Part shown: positions 27,928-36,403 of the stretch, one piece after another
Numbering within the stretch: position 1 is the first letter of the stretch
Layout: each line of letters starts with the position of its first letter
Assembly (NCBI GenBank): GCA_937896905.1
Contig: CALBOE010000006.1
Coordinates: 382,232-446,231 of the forward strand
Direction of reading: 5' to 3'
Source of the DNA: an uncultured Clostridia bacterium
GTDB lineage: Bacteria; Bacillota; Clostridia; Christensenellales; UBA1242
Length of the DNA: 64,000 bases
The notes under the pieces: model-generated
What the model saw: only the letters and a program-made list of their open reading frames with translations
Told to the model about the DNA's origin: nothing
The model's database searches: none
Position numbers and translations under genes: made by a program

Positions 27928-30371
27928 TGGCAGTAGAAGAACATGTTAAAGGATTAATGACAAATAAAATTATTAATACTGAAGGATATCCGTCGATGCA
28001 AGACAAATTGTCAAAAGAAGGAGTCGTTTGGTATAAAGAAGAAAGTTATCAAAAAATAAATCCTAAAATTGAGGCTATGTTAAGCACGGCATCAAAATCC
28101 TTAAAAGGCAATAAACCAGGAACTCCTGATTTCATGATAGAAACCCCTTCTTTTTATATAGTTATTGAAGCTAAGGGAATAGAAAAAGGAAATAAACATA
28201 AACATAGTAGATTTGCCGATGTAACTAAATATATTAAAAGGTCTGCAACAAGAGATGATGAGGTATATGATACTGCTTCAATTACAAATAGAGAATGTGC
28301 AATTGATGAGGCTCTTTATTATGCAACATTTTTAAATTTTGAAAAAGATGTGATTGCTATAGCAGTGTCAGGTACTGAGAAAGATTCAGATTTTAGATTT
28401 ACTTCTTTCTTGTTGCCTAAAGGGCAAAATTTGTCTCAAATTTCACTTATAGAGGACGGTGGGTTAAGCGGCACATTTAATACTGTCGAAAATTATAAAA
28501 GAGAAATTTACAAGGCATATGGTTATGAAGAAAGGTTGTATAGAGCGATTTACGAAGATTTGAGAAAATACGCAGATGCTTCAGCTAAATTTTTGAATAC
28601 TAACGGAGTTGATGAAAATGACAGATTAGGTTTAGTGTCTGCAATAGTTTTGGCTTTGACAAATAAAAAATCTGATTTATTTAAAAAGGTTTATAGTAAT
28701 TCAAAGTTGGATATTTCACCAGAGGAAATAAAAAACGCTTTACTATCAGAAAATCAGCCGTTAGGAGTTGTGATTGAAGATAAACTTCCTGCAGAAAAAA
28801 GAAATACTCTAAAAGCCTATTTCAATGCACTGCTAGATAAACCGTTTTTGACAAGGAAAATAAAAAGTAAAGATGGAAAAGAAGTTAATACAAAGAATTT
28901 TTTTGAAATAAATAAAGGTTTTACGGATAGTATATTATCCAGATTAACATATTCTCTCTATGAATTTATTGTCAAGGTTTACGACCAATATCAAAACAGT
29001 AATATTGATGTTATGGGGTCTTTTTATTCTTTGTTTTTGCAATATGCAAAAGCGGACGTTAAGAAAGGAGTGGTATTAACACCAAAACATATTACAGAAC
29101 TGTTTTGTGATTTGGCTGAGTATTATCTTGGTAAAAAATTAAATCATAAAACACAAATTTTAGATATATGTACAGGATCTGGAGGGTTTTTAATTTCAGC
29201 ATTAAATAGAATTGATTTTAATATCGATAATGATAAATCTTTAAATTTATCTCAAAAAAAGGATGCAAAAAACGAGGCCAGAAAAAACTGCTTATTGGGA
29301 ATTGAATTAAAAGATTCTATGTTTGTTCTCGCCTATGCCAATATGAGGTTTCACAAAGATGGCAAATCATCATTATATCACGGTTCTTCGTTGTATAATG
29401 ATGCTGAAAAACTTGCGGACGGTTTAACTTTTCATGAAATCATTTCAAAAAATTATAAAGGAGAAGAGTTGTTAGATGATGACCAAAAAGTTCAGTTATG
29501 TGGCCCAGAAATAGGGATGATGAATCCTCCCTATGAAGAAGATGTTTTTGAATTTATAGATTCAATGCTTAAATATTTACGCAAAGGCGGAATTGGAATA
29601 GCAATAGTACCAATTAATACTCAAGGTGTAAATAGCGAATTAACAGACAAAAAGAATAATCTTTTAAAAAATAATACATTATTGGCTAGTATATTAATGC
29701 CACCAGATTTATTTAATGGAGTTAGAGGGTCTGGAGCTGCAACATCTACATGCATATTAGTTTTTAAGGCTCATAGTCCACACGAAGATTTCCTTGATAA
29801 TGGTGGATTAACATATTTAGCCGATTGGTCTGCTGATGGATTTAAATTAATTCCAAAACACGGAAGATTTGAAATAGATGATAAGTGGCACAATAAAAAT
29901 GATGGATATAAAAAACTATATATTGAAAATCTTAAAAGACAAATGGCTGAGCAGGATTATATTCTATCATCAGACTATAAGAAAGACATTCATAAAGAAG
30001 GATCTATAAAATCTATAAGAAAGCCTATTCATAAATTCGATCATATTGAAACACTGATAAAAAAAGACTCAAAAGGAAATATTATTTATAAGAAAAACAA
30101 GGTTGAAAGATTGGATAAAGATGGGAAAGAGATGTATAATAAAAAAGGAGTTAAGCTATATAATATAGAAACGGCTTTAGATGCTAATGGAGATCCTATA
30201 CCAGAAGTTGAAGAAAAAGAAATATATATCAATGAGGATTGGAATATTCTTGATTATATAAAAACTGATTATAATGAATTAAAACCTGAAAATTTTATTA
30301 AAAATATGCTAGACTATAATTTGTATATTTATATGAAAGAAAATGATTTGTTGGTCGACAAGGAGGATTAA
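27927..30371 (+). CDS. Fused restriction endonuclease / N6-adenine DNA methyltransferase (BcgI-A-like, Type IIB/IIG)
   Basis: N-terminal PD-(D/E)xK 'TPDFMIETPSFYIVIEAKG'. MTase motif I 'ILDICTGSGGFLISAL'. Motif IV 'GMMNPPYEED'. Lys-rich C-terminal extension. Confidence 0.8.
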   Translation: MAVEEHVKGLMTNKIINTEGYPSMQDKLSKEGVVWYKEESYQKINPKIEAMLSTASKSLKGNKPGTPDFMIETPSFYIVIEAKGIEKGNKHKHSRFADVTKYIKRSATRDDEVYDTASITNRECAIDEALYYATFLNFEKDVIAIAVSGTEKDSDFRFTSFLLPKGQNLSQISLIEDGGLSGTFNTVENYKREIYKAYGYEERLYRAIYEDLRKYADASAKFLNTNGVDENDRLGLVSAIVLALTNKKSDLFKKVYSNSKLDISPEEIKNALLSENQPLGVVIEDKLPAEKRNTLKAYFNALLDKPFLTRKIKSKDGKEVNTKNFFEINKGFTDSILSRLTYSLYEFIVKVYDQYQNSNIDVMGSFYSLFLQYAKADVKKGVVLTPKHITELFCDLAEYYLGKKLNHKTQILDICTGSGGFLISALNRIDFNIDNDKSLNLSQKKDAKNEARKNCLLGIELKDSMFVLAYANMRFHKDGKSSLYHGSSLYNDAEKLADGLTFHEIISKNYKGEELLDDDQKVQLCGPEIGMMNPPYEEDVFEFIDSMLKYLRKGGIGIAIVPINTQGVNSELTDKKNNLLKNNTLLASILMPPDLFNGVRGSGAATSTCILVFKAHSPHEDFLDNGGLTYLADWSADGFKLIPKHGRFEIDDKWHNKNDGYKKLYIENLKRQMAEQDYILSSDYKKDIHKEGSIKSIRKPIHKFDHIETLIKKDSKGNIIYKKNKVERLDKDGKEMYNKKGVKLYNIETALDANGDPIPEVEEKEIYINEDWNILDYIKTDYNELKPENFIKNMLDYNLYIYMKENDLLVDKED

Positions 30372-30373
30372 TA

Positions 30374-31525
30374 ATGAATTTAGAGACAAACAAATGGAAA
30401 AGGTTTTATATTAGAAATTTATTTGAATGCATGCAGTCTAAGGGGGATAATCAGGCGAAAGATTTAGAAGAAGGACAAATTCCTTTAGTTTCTGCAGGTA
30501 GTTTAAATAATGGAATTGTAAAATACATAGAAGAAGGTGATGGTGTAGCGGAGATTTTTGAAGCTGGTTGTATTACTGCGGATATGTTTGGCAAGTGTTT
30601 TTATCAGCCTTTTGATTTTTATGCGGTTTCACATGGAAGAATTAACATTTTAAGACCAAAACATAAAGAAATTAATGAAAGAGTATCTTTATTTTTAATC
30701 AATGTTATGGAACATGAATTTAGATTAAAATATTCTTATAATAGAATGTTGTCTCTTGAAAAATTGTTAAAAGAATCAATATGTTTGCCTTGTGGGTGTA
30801 ATGGTAATCCAGATTGGAATTATATGGAAAAATATATTGATTACTTATATAATACTTCTGTTAATAATCAAATAGAAAGAATTATTAAAATTTCAAATAA
30901 TGATAGAAATACAATTCAAAACATTTCCGGCAAAATAAATGCTGAAGATTTTAATTCTTGGGCTAATATAAAAGAACAAGATCCTGTTGATCTAAATACA
31001 GTGAATTGGAAAACTTTTAAAATAGGAAAATTGTTTACTACTTATACTGGTGGAGATTTAATACTTGGAAATGTTGAAGAAGGAGATATCCCTGTTGTTA
31101 CACATTCAGCTAAGAACAATAGTATTTCCGTATACACAAATGAAATTTCTGGAAGAAAACTTTTTGATCATAGAAACACTATAAGTTTAGCTGATAGGGG
31201 AACATTTTTTGCGACAATACAGCCAGAGGATTTTTATATAGGAACTAGGGTTAAAGCACTTGAATCTAAAAACAGTGATATAACAAAAAAAGCATTGATG
31301 TTTATTGCTTCAATAATTAATCTTGAAAGCTTTAGATTTAACTATGGAAGAAATTGCACGGGAGGTTTAGATAATCTAACAATTAAGTTACCTGCCCAAA
31401 TGAGTGGGGCTAAATATATTTTAGATAAAGATTGTAAATATTCATCAAAGGGATTTATTCCTGATTGGAGATTTATGAATTTATATATAGATGCATTACC
31501 ATATAGTTTAAAAATTATTAATTAA
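30374..31525 (+). CDS. R-M specificity subunit (HsdS / BcgI-B-like, two target-recognition domains)
   Basis: Two TRD halves each opening with 'W+(K/T)F.I..LF' ('NKWKRFYIRNLFE' and 'VNWKTFKIGKLFT'). Separated from the upstream gene by a 2-nt gap. Confidence 0.85.
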   Translation: MNLETNKWKRFYIRNLFECMQSKGDNQAKDLEEGQIPLVSAGSLNNGIVKYIEEGDGVAEIFEAGCITADMFGKCFYQPFDFYAVSHGRINILRPKHKEINERVSLFLINVMEHEFRLKYSYNRMLSLEKLLKESICLPCGCNGNPDWNYMEKYIDYLYNTSVNNQIERIIKISNNDRNTIQNISGKINAEDFNSWANIKEQDPVDLNTVNWKTFKIGKLFTTYTGGDLILGNVEEGDIPVVTHSAKNNSISVYTNEISGRKLFDHRNTISLADRGTFFATIQPEDFYIGTRVKALESKNSDITKKALMFIASIINLESFRFNYGRNCTGGLDNLTIKLPAQMSGAKYILDKDCKYSSKGFIPDWRFMNLYIDALPYSLKIIN

Positions 31526-31534
31526 ACCATTGTT

Positions 31535-31561
31535 AGAACGGATTAATTATCCGTTCTTTTT
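31535..31561 (+). terminator. Rho-independent terminator (copy 1 of a repeated hairpin)
   Basis: AGAACGGA (31535-31542) pairs with TCCGTTCT (31550-31557), followed by a T-run. Confidence 0.8.
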
Positions 31562-31629
31562 ATTAGTTTTAAGAAAACTTATTTACTTGTACGAATTTTA
31601 TGTTATAATATAGAAAACATGGAGATAAT

Positions 31630-32571
31630 ATGGCTTTTATAGATACATATAAACGAATAATGAAAGAAGGTTATGAAAAAATAGTTTATTCATACGATAA
31701 GACAGTTGGAAGATATGAATATAGACCTTTTTCACATGCCAATACTGTCACTTGGAAAGAAGACATTGTTGAGGTACTTATAAATAATCTTCTTAATTAT
31801 TGCTATGAGCCCAATGAAATAGGAGCAATATATAATCCAAATTTTCCAGAATTAAGAAAGTATATAAATAAAGCAATTAAAGACAGATTAAACAGAAAAA
31901 CTAAACAAGCTCAACAAGATGGGTTATGTGGTGAATTGTTAATAGATTTAATATTAAGGATGGAAAATGAGAACAATGAAATCTTGATATGCAGACCCAA
32001 ATATCAACAATTAGGTGCGATAGCTGAATTAAAAAATTATGATGTTTTAATGTTTAGAGCAGAGTTTAATAATAATATTACACTGATTTTAGGACAAGTG
32101 AAATCGGGAGGGTTTGATTATTGCACAAAAAATATGAAAGTAGACTTAGATACTAAATATAATGAAACATATTTTGGTAATGCGGTGTGTTATATTGCGG
32201 ATCGTCGAATTTCAGATGTTCCTAATAAAATTTTACTCAATATTATATCAGATTTAAATAGTATTGCGTTAGGAACAGATGATACTAATATACGAAATAC
32301 TAAAATTTGTGAGTATATAAAAAAGAATGACATCAAGATTGAAATACCGTGTCTTTTGCTGTATGGCAAAGAGTCTGTTTATTCTGATATAAATAAATTA
32401 AAAGAAAATTTGGACGAAGAAGTAGAATGTGTAAAACAATTTTTCGATGAACTATCTTTTAATATTTATGATTTTAATTTTTCAATTATTTTTTATGTAT
32501 TTCCTTCTAAAAGTATAACAGAATTAAGAAAAAGCATTATGGAGTATAAAGTTGAGGTGTTGAATGGATAA
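31630..32571 (+). CDS. HamA-like putative nuclease (Hachiman-type effector candidate)
   Basis: 'GELLIDL', 'NYDVLMF' and 'LGQVKSG' are arranged like an E...D...(E/Q)xK nuclease core. 8-nt overlap with the downstream helicase. GGAG RBS and extended -10 TGTTATAAT upstream. Confidence 0.55.
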   Translation: MAFIDTYKRIMKEGYEKIVYSYDKTVGRYEYRPFSHANTVTWKEDIVEVLINNLLNYCYEPNEIGAIYNPNFPELRKYINKAIKDRLNRKTKQAQQDGLCGELLIDLILRMENENNEILICRPKYQQLGAIAELKNYDVLMFRAEFNNNITLILGQVKSGGFDYCTKNMKVDLDTKYNETYFGNAVCYIADRRISDVPNKILLNIISDLNSIALGTDDTNIRNTKICEYIKKNDIKIEIPCLLLYGKESVYSDINKLKENLDEEVECVKQFFDELSFNIYDFNFSIIFYVFPSKSITELRKSIMEYKVEVLNG

Positions 32572-34981
32572 ATATATTGTACGAAACTTTATAGAATCAC
32601 TGAACAATTTTGATGGATCTGACGAAGGAAGGGAAATATTAAAAAATCATGTATGTTATATTTCAGAGCATAAAAACGAGATTGAAAAGACTTACCCAAT
32701 TGATGAATTGTTACATATTGCATCGCAAAAGCTTAAAGTTTTTGGTTATGATGAAATGAATAAAATTACTGCCATTGAGTTGTCAGATACATCTAGCATT
32801 GTTGATAACGCTGTTAAGAAATATCACGAATCTACAATGTCTTCAGAGAAAGAAAATGTTATATTAGATGGGCTGCAAAAGAACATTATAGACGAATATC
32901 AAAAACTTCAAAATAGAAGAATTATGGTGTCAGCCCCTACATCATTTGGCAAATCATATTTGTTGCAAGAGATACTTTATAACAATGCTCAAGAATATGA
33001 AAATGTTATGCTTATATTGCCAACAATTGCTTTATTAAATGAAAATGTTAATAAATATCAATCATTAATAAAAAAAGGAAAACTGGATTATAACATAGTG
33101 TCAACCAACTACGAAGACTTAAACATTAATTCTAGAAATCTATTTATATTTACTCCAGAAAGAGCTTTGAAATTTTTAGGCAAATATGATGTAAAAATTA
33201 ACTTTTTCTTCTTTGATGAGGTTTATAAAATCGAAGAGAGATTAGATATAACAAAAGATGTTAAATCTGGAGATGATGTTATAAGTGGAAATGATAAAAG
33301 AGCTGCGGCATTTAGAACATGTTTGTACTTGCTTGCCAAATCAGTAAAAGATTATTATATTGCTGGACCGTTTTTGGATTTGGAGAATAAAAAATGTGTT
33401 GGTTTGAGGAAGTTTTTAACTAATAATTTTGTTCAAATATTTCAAGTCAAGTTTGATCCTACACTAAGAATTACATATGATGCTTGGAAACTTGGTGATA
33501 TAACGGAAAATAATTTCGTTATTCCTGAAGTTAGATCATATAAAACACGATTAGATCAGCAAAACCAAATTGGAAAGTTGGAACGAATTAAAAAATTTAT
33601 TGATGAACACGATCTTGGTAAAACAATAGTATATATAAATTACCCATCGAAAATTGTTGAAATATTAAAGGTGGCTAAAATTTTTGATAACCAGCCATTA
33701 AAAAATAAAGAGCTTGAAGAATTTATAATTCATTTGAAATCTAAATATAACGTAAATATGAACGGGATTTCTAGCGTAGAATATTGGACCTTAATCAAAT
33801 GCTTAGAATTCGGTATTGGTATACATCATGGTAAGATGCCAAAGTATATACAAAACGAAATTTTAAGACAATTTAATAGACCAGATGGTTTGAATTATTT
33901 GTTTTGCACTTCAACAATTATAGAAGGTGTAAACACTGTAGCTAAGAATGTTGTAATGTTGTCAAATAGTCATGGATCTGGCGATATGAAAAAATTTGCT
34001 TTTAAGAATATTAAAGGTCGTGCTGGACGATATTACTCTAGTTTTATAGGTAATTTATTTTATTGTGATGCGGATCAGAAGAAACTTGATGATTCAGAAT
34101 ATATGCATCTTGAATTTTTAAATTATGGAGAGACTCCATTATTGCCAATTGATTTAGACAATACTGAAAAAGAAGATTTATCAAAGAATAACCATTATGA
34201 AAAAATGAAAAGAGAAAATAAATATAATAAAGATTTATTACCTGATGAGGTTTTCTATCAAAACAGATTATTTGATAGGTTAGAGCAAGAACAAATATTG
34301 AAAAAAATACTAAGTGAAGATAATTTTGACAGGCTATATGAGTTAACTCAAAAAGTAATAAGTCGTGGATTAAGTTTTTTAGCGTTGGTGAGAGAGGTTT
34401 TAAATTTAGAAGAAAATCTTCTTTTAGGTGATTCATTTATAACTCAGTCGGAGGATAGACAAAAAGAGATATTGAAAAAATATAAAACCAAACTTTATTA
34501 TATTTTGAAAGAATATGAGCAAGAAGGCTTTTCTGGATTATTAAAATATCAAATGCGACTGTCTAAATATTCAGATGAACTAAAGCAAGATATGGACAAT
34601 AAATACAATATTGTATTTGAACAAATAAGAACAACCATAGAATACGACATTCCTAAATATCTCAGCTTATATCAATCATTATTTAATCATGCTTGTAAGA
34701 TTAAAGACAAGGTTTTCGGGAATGGCGATCTTGATGATGTTATAAAATATTATGAAATTGGAGCATCTAATGACTTTGGTAGATTGTTAATAGAAAGAGG
34801 GTTTCCTAGCGAATCGGCTAAGATGATTGAATTTGAACTAAGAAAGACTCATATTGATTTTTTAAATAATGATAAGGTAATTCAGTATATAGATCAAACT
34901 CCAAATATAATTGCACATCTTGACGGATACGAAAAGAGATTGTATACAAGAATAATAGATTTATATAGAAAAGAAAAATAA
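32564..34981 (+). CDS. SF2 helicase (HamB-like)
   Basis: Motif I 'SAPTSFGKS', Ia 'LILPTIAL', II 'FFDEVY', V 'TSTIIEGVN', VI 'IKGRAGR'. Long helical C-terminal region. Confidence 0.75.
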   Translation: MDKYIVRNFIESLNNFDGSDEGREILKNHVCYISEHKNEIEKTYPIDELLHIASQKLKVFGYDEMNKITAIELSDTSSIVDNAVKKYHESTMSSEKENVILDGLQKNIIDEYQKLQNRRIMVSAPTSFGKSYLLQEILYNNAQEYENVMLILPTIALLNENVNKYQSLIKKGKLDYNIVSTNYEDLNINSRNLFIFTPERALKFLGKYDVKINFFFFDEVYKIEERLDITKDVKSGDDVISGNDKRAAAFRTCLYLLAKSVKDYYIAGPFLDLENKKCVGLRKFLTNNFVQIFQVKFDPTLRITYDAWKLGDITENNFVIPEVRSYKTRLDQQNQIGKLERIKKFIDEHDLGKTIVYINYPSKIVEILKVAKIFDNQPLKNKELEEFIIHLKSKYNVNMNGISSVEYWTLIKCLEFGIGIHHGKMPKYIQNEILRQFNRPDGLNYLFCTSTIIEGVNTVAKNVVMLSNSHGSGDMKKFAFKNIKGRAGRYYSSFIGNLFYCDADQKKLDDSEYMHLEFLNYGETPLLPIDLDNTEKEDLSKNNHYEKMKRENKYNKDLLPDEVFYQNRLFDRLEQEQILKKILSEDNFDRLYELTQKVISRGLSFLALVREVLNLEENLLLGDSFITQSEDRQKEILKKYKTKLYYILKEYEQEGFSGLLKYQMRLSKYSDELKQDMDNKYNIVFEQIRTTIEYDIPKYLSLYQSLFNHACKIKDKVFGNGDLDDVIKYYEIGASNDFGRLLIERGFPSESAKMIEFELRKTHIDFLNNDKVIQYIDQTPNIIAHLDGYEKRLYTRIIDLYRKEK

Positions 34982-34984
34982 CAT

Positions 34985-35013
34985 AGAACGGACTAACCAT
35001 CCGTTCTTTTTTT
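34985..35013 (+). terminator. Rho-independent terminator (copy 2 of the repeated hairpin)
   Basis: AGAACGGA (34985-34992) pairs with TCCGTTCT (35000-35007), followed by T7. Near-identical to 31535-31561. Confidence 0.8.
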
Positions 35014-35270
35014 AATGCTGTTTTTTACGAAATTTGGATAAAAAACGAGTTTTGCAACAAAAGTCGATACAATCGTGAGAAACTTTGCAACACTTTTGAA
35101 ACAAAATGGATAACCAAACTCGTATAATATATGTAGGCATACAATTAAAAATTTAGAAAAGCATTTTACAAATTTAAAAATAGAGACAATCTGAGAAAAT
35201 AAGAGACACTCTGATAAGAAATGAGACAACCAAACCTATATAATGATTGTAAGGAATCAAATTGCCGAAG

Positions 35271-35298
35271 AGAGAAGTTAAAAACACTTCTCTTTTTT
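35271..35298 (+). terminator. Orphan rho-independent terminator in non-coding DNA
   Basis: AGAGAAGT (35271-35278) pairs with ACTTCTCT (35286-35293), followed by T6. No ORF lies between it and the previous terminator. Confidence 0.7.
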
Positions 35299-35310
35299 AC
35301 TGAAAAAATA

Positions 35311-35626
35311 GTTTCGAATGGACAAATGCTGTCCGAACGGAATTTATAAAATATTAAAAAATATTTCCTGCTGTAAAAAATGTGTTTACAACGGGGTTAT
35401 TAAAATTTATTTGCAACTTGTTCAAATGGTGAACACATTGGCCTTGTACAATGTTTTCCGATACGACAAATGTTGTCGGAACGGGATTGTTTAAATTGTG
35501 AAAAAATATTCCCGCTATATCAAATGGTGATACAGCGGGCTTGGTAAAATAACAGAAAATTTTATAAAAAAGTTGTAAAAATATGTCCCGTGTGGTCAAA
35601 TGGTGAACACACGGGATTGATAGAAT
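35311..35626 (+). repeat. Six hairpins with a conserved CA-AATGN-TG apex, within ~100-bp degenerate direct repeats
   Basis: Hairpins at 35320-34 (GGACA AATGC TGTCC), 35367-95, 35420-34 (GTTCA AATGG TGAAC), 35464-78 (CGACA AATGT TGTCG), 35511-39 and 35587-615. Confidence 0.85.
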
Positions 35627-35743
35627 GTGGTTACCAATAACAATATTGGTTTTATCGATGGACTGCAGCCGTCGTTAAAATATAGCTAAAGTTAAGAACT
35701 GATCAATCTTAATGTAGGCACAAAATCTAAAAAAGGAGAAAGG

Positions 35744-36403
35744 ATGAGAAATTATATATTTGAATTTGATCAACAAATTGCCTTAAGGTTAGGGCTTAAA
35801 CTTAATGAACTTTTATTTCTAGATTACTTGGCGAAATTTATTAACAGTGGGAGTATGAGATGTAAGTGTATAGAAGGTAAAAGATATTATAGATTAACCT
35901 ACAAAAAGGTAATGGAAGATTTGCCAATTTTGAAAATAAAAGAAAGGCAACTTCGCAACATTATTATTTCGTTAGAAAATAAAGGAATATTACAAAGGTA
36001 TTCTGAGTTGAAAAATGAAATGCATATTTATGTGGATTATGATGTGCTTTTCGGCAACAAATTGCCAGATAAGTTTAACTTGTCGGAAGTTGGCTTCCAC
36101 GATGAAGGAAATGGACTGCTTACAATAGATTATTATGATATTAAAAAAATAAAAATATTAAATAATAGCGCACGCGTGAAAGAAATTGATAAGCAAGAGT
36201 TGTTCAATCATTTATTAGCAAACTTAAAATTGGCGTACGGGGATGTTCTATATAAAGGATTTATTGAAAATAAACTTGATATAGATGAAATAACTGATAC
36301 TTATATTTTGTTTGATATAGGAAATGTCAAAATAGTTGGACAAACTTATGGTGATAAATTTAAGAAAGCATTTGATGACACGATTGAACACTTATTAAAT
36401 TAA
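35744..36403 (+). CDS. Putative replication initiator / winged-helix protein (RepA_N- or DnaD-like N-terminus)
   Basis: 'LNELLFLDYLAKFIN...GKRYYRLTYKKVMEDLPILKIKERQLRNIIISLENKGILQR' follows the RepA_N-type wHTH pattern. AAGGAGAAAGG RBS. Confidence 0.5.
   Translation: MRNYIFEFDQQIALRLGLKLNELLFLDYLAKFINSGSMRCKCIEGKRYYRLTYKKVMEDLPILKIKERQLRNIIISLENKGILQRYSELKNEMHIYVDYDVLFGNKLPDKFNLSEVGFHDEGNGLLTIDYYDIKKIKILNNSARVKEIDKQELFNHLLANLKLAYGDVLYKGFIENKLDIDEITDTYILFDIGNVKIVGQTYGDKFKKAFDDTIEHLLN

Noticed and set aside
31630-34981. The 313-aa nuclease-like protein and 805-aa helicase as a split HsdR of a Type I system with the upstream M and S genes
   Set aside because: A terminator and a separate promoter lie between hsdS and the pair. 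The methyltransferase subunit already carries its own PD-ExK nuclease domain (BcgI-type). This cannot be excluded without profile searches.
34993-35599. ORFs 34993-35229 (-) and 35354-35599 (-) in the non-coding block
   Set aside because: They are read through terminator and hairpin repeats, have no RBS, and their composition is driven by the repeats.
35311-36403. Repeat array plus downstream gene as a Type III (ToxIN-like) toxin-antitoxin locus
   Set aside because: The repeats are irregularly spaced hairpins, not uniform ~36-nt tandem units. The downstream 219-aa protein looks like a winged-helix Rep/DnaD-type protein, with no resemblance to ToxN/AbiQ as I recall it.
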